Below are positions 62,001 to 64,000 of a stretch of 64,000 nt of DNA, piece by piece (the first letter of the stretch is position 1; each line of letters opens with the position of its first letter). The notes below the pieces were generated by a model. The model was given only the letters and a program-made list of their open reading frames with translations. It was not told where the DNA came from and searched no databases. Both the position numbers and the translations under genes were made by a program. The DNA is from Amoebophrya sp. A120 (Eukaryota; Protista; Dinoflagellata). Location: the NCBI GenBank assembly GCA_905178155.1, contig CAJINV010000011.1, forward strand, positions 1,015,982-1,079,981. The letters run 5' to 3'.

Positions 62001-64000
62001 ATGGTCGCCACTTGGTCTGCGTATTTCGATCGGGTGGCGCCCAAGGCCGCCGGTCTTGCGGCCGGGTACCCCACCGTGCTTGCCGCCGTCCTGGGTTTCG
62101 CCGTTGCGGGCTTGATTTTGCGGCAGAAGGCGTCGATCTTCCGGAAAATCGAGAAGGTCATTCTGTTTCCAGTGAATTTCACCGTGCGGGTGGTCGTTGA
62201 GCTGATTCTCTTCGTCAATAGCTGCTTTGAAAATTGCACGCTGCGCACCACCGTCGCGGTTGGGAACAAGCACTGGAAAAAAGTCACGGTCGCGGATCCC
62301 CACTACCCAGTACAGATCGAGTTCCGGCATTGTTCCACACCAGTACTTCTACCATGTACGGAGGAGAAGGATGTCGAAAAGGACAAGAAGTCGCCCTCCG
62401 CCATCGGGGGTGTCACACGAGAAGAAGCGCAGGGGCCACCTGCAACAGAGGGCTCTTGTTCCTCCGCTGCGCTCTCCATCGAGCACCTGTGGTCTTCCAG
62501 CGTGGCCCCCTGTACGCAGAAACTGCAACAGCAATCCACCCTCCTCTACGTCGAGCGTGAGCCAGCCTTCACCGGCAGCCGCCAGGGCACCCAGTCGTTG
62601 CACGTGCTGCAGAAAATCGTGCAAGGGTCGAGCTTATGCATTGCAAATATGTCTGGGTCTGGAAGGATGCAACCTGTGATGCTGTCTTTGGATTCTGAAA
62701 AAATCTGTATTGCGTGACCAACAAGAGGGGTCCATTTTGTGCTACGCGGAGAGGGAATTTCTCATGCGGAATATGCATCAGGAAGCCCTCCAAAAATCTG
62801 TGATGCTAGGTCACGCATTACGGGCATCATGCGACATAGAAGATATGCATGACAAACCTGGCTTTCTTCCAGACCCAGACATATTTGCATTTCATAGAGC
62901 TTGTGGGACCTGGCCTGTGATGTGCTGTACCGAACCATCGCGGGCGGGACTGGGTATCCTGTGCAAAAGTATCGTACTCGTATTGCGAGCATGCATTACA
63001 AATCTTTGTTGAAAGGTAAATCCGCATTACAAACTTTACTTCTCATGCTGAGGAAATTTGTAATGCATTTATACGAGTGCGATACTTTTGCAGTTCATAC
63101 TGGGTACCAAGCGACAAAAGCGGCCGCGTTTTTCAAGTTCTTGAAAAACTACCGCACGATGGCGCCGCAGCTGGACTACTTGTTCGACCACAGCACGGAT
63201 CTGTACGGAATCGGTTTGACGCACAAGGCGCCGGCGCTGTGCTACCGGTCGGATTTTTTGACGAGAACGGAGAAGAAGGTCGAGGAGGGGGCGCTGGAAT
63301 TAGTGGCGGGGAAGAGTATAATTTGTTCTACATGTGGACTTTTTTAGTACGTGTTTTCTTTCACTAGCGATGATTCTGAATTGGAATAACAGTAGTTTGT
63401 TCCCTTTACTAGCTTTTTTTCATCATCGTAGCGCGGTCGCTCCTGTCAGCGTCGCATGAAGACACAAGAAGATTACGAACTCACATCCTGCTTCAAAACT
63501 AACCCCTCAGGACGCGGGCTCCCCGACTATGGCGAGGAGGTTGAGGCGGTGGAAACCCCGTTAGAGTTCTACCAGCTTTTGAAGCCGCACTTGAAGCAGG
63601 TGATTGCGCCGACGGACGTGCAATCGCTTTTCCGCATCATCCGCCTACATGCGGTTGACGTGAGCAACAGTTCGATGAACAAAAAGGTGAAAAACCGAAT
63701 CCTGGGTTTGTTTGACATCATGGCGTTTCTGCCCCACAGCGACAAGGATCCCAACTGCTTCCTCTCCGTCCACAACGGGCAACTCGAGCTGTACAGCTAC
63801 GACAAAAACGTCCCCGACTGGAGAAAAATAACAGTAAATCGCTTGAGTTTGGAGAACAGCATGCTGTGTGTGAAAAAACGGAACTTTGTGAAATCCGAGA
63901 TGGGGGACTTGGAAACAGTGTCCCTGTGCGGTGGAAAGGGTGCGGGGGAAGCCGGAAGTCAAGCTGATAACAACAGCAGGAAGCAACAAGCGCTGGAGCA
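62001..64000 (+). CDS. Divergent SET-domain (SMYD-like) protein with hydrophobic N-terminus, runs off window
   Basis: Exons 62001-62630, 62898-62950, 63101-63315, 63511-64000 in frame. GLFDIMAFLPHSDKDPNC...ITVN resembles the SET motif GLYxxxSLFNHSCxPNC...ITISY. Confidence 0.55.
62635..62896. mobile_element. Introner, family A (262 bp)
   Basis: TATGCATTGCAAATATGTCTGGGTCTGGAAG TIR; TSD GAGCT/GAGCT. Confidence 0.93.
62955..63099. mobile_element. Introner, family B (145 bp)
   Basis: TATCCTGTGCAAAAGTATCG...CGATACTTTTGCAGTTCATA; TSD CTGGG/CTGGG. Confidence 0.92.

Overview
Eukaryotic, gene-dense DNA with all intact genes on the + strand, most consistent with the parasitic dinoflagellate Amoebophrya (inferred from intron type, not from a database search). 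The dominant feature is an invasion of coding exons by at least 22 short (145-326 bp) non-coding elements from about 7 sequence families. Each has TAT...ATA-type terminal inverted repeats (TIRs) and a shared internal GCATGACA-like motif, and nearly all have a recognisable 5-bp target-site duplication (TSD). Removing element plus 5 nt restores the reading frame every time, yet 21 of 22 cannot be GT-AG introns. These non-canonical introners coexist with about 13 ordinary GT-AG introns. Splicing them joins the ORFs at 1771-26053 into one ~6,580-aa protein. Other genes: a dual-specificity phosphatase, a multi-pass membrane protein, a choline/ethanolamine kinase, an atypical Kv-like channel with EF hands, a repeat protein and a divergent SET-domain protein. 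Most notable observations: all seven point differences between paired TSD copies are synonymous; a duplicated exon shows filled and empty insertion sites side by side; two ~1-kb elements are flanked by 46- and 73-bp exon duplications; and an intron holds a 297-nt tRNA-shaped RNA whose anticodon loop is replaced by a ~230-nt structured insert. The 9.7-kb duplication across the 100-N gap is probably an assembly artefact. All splice models were made by hand without RNA data.
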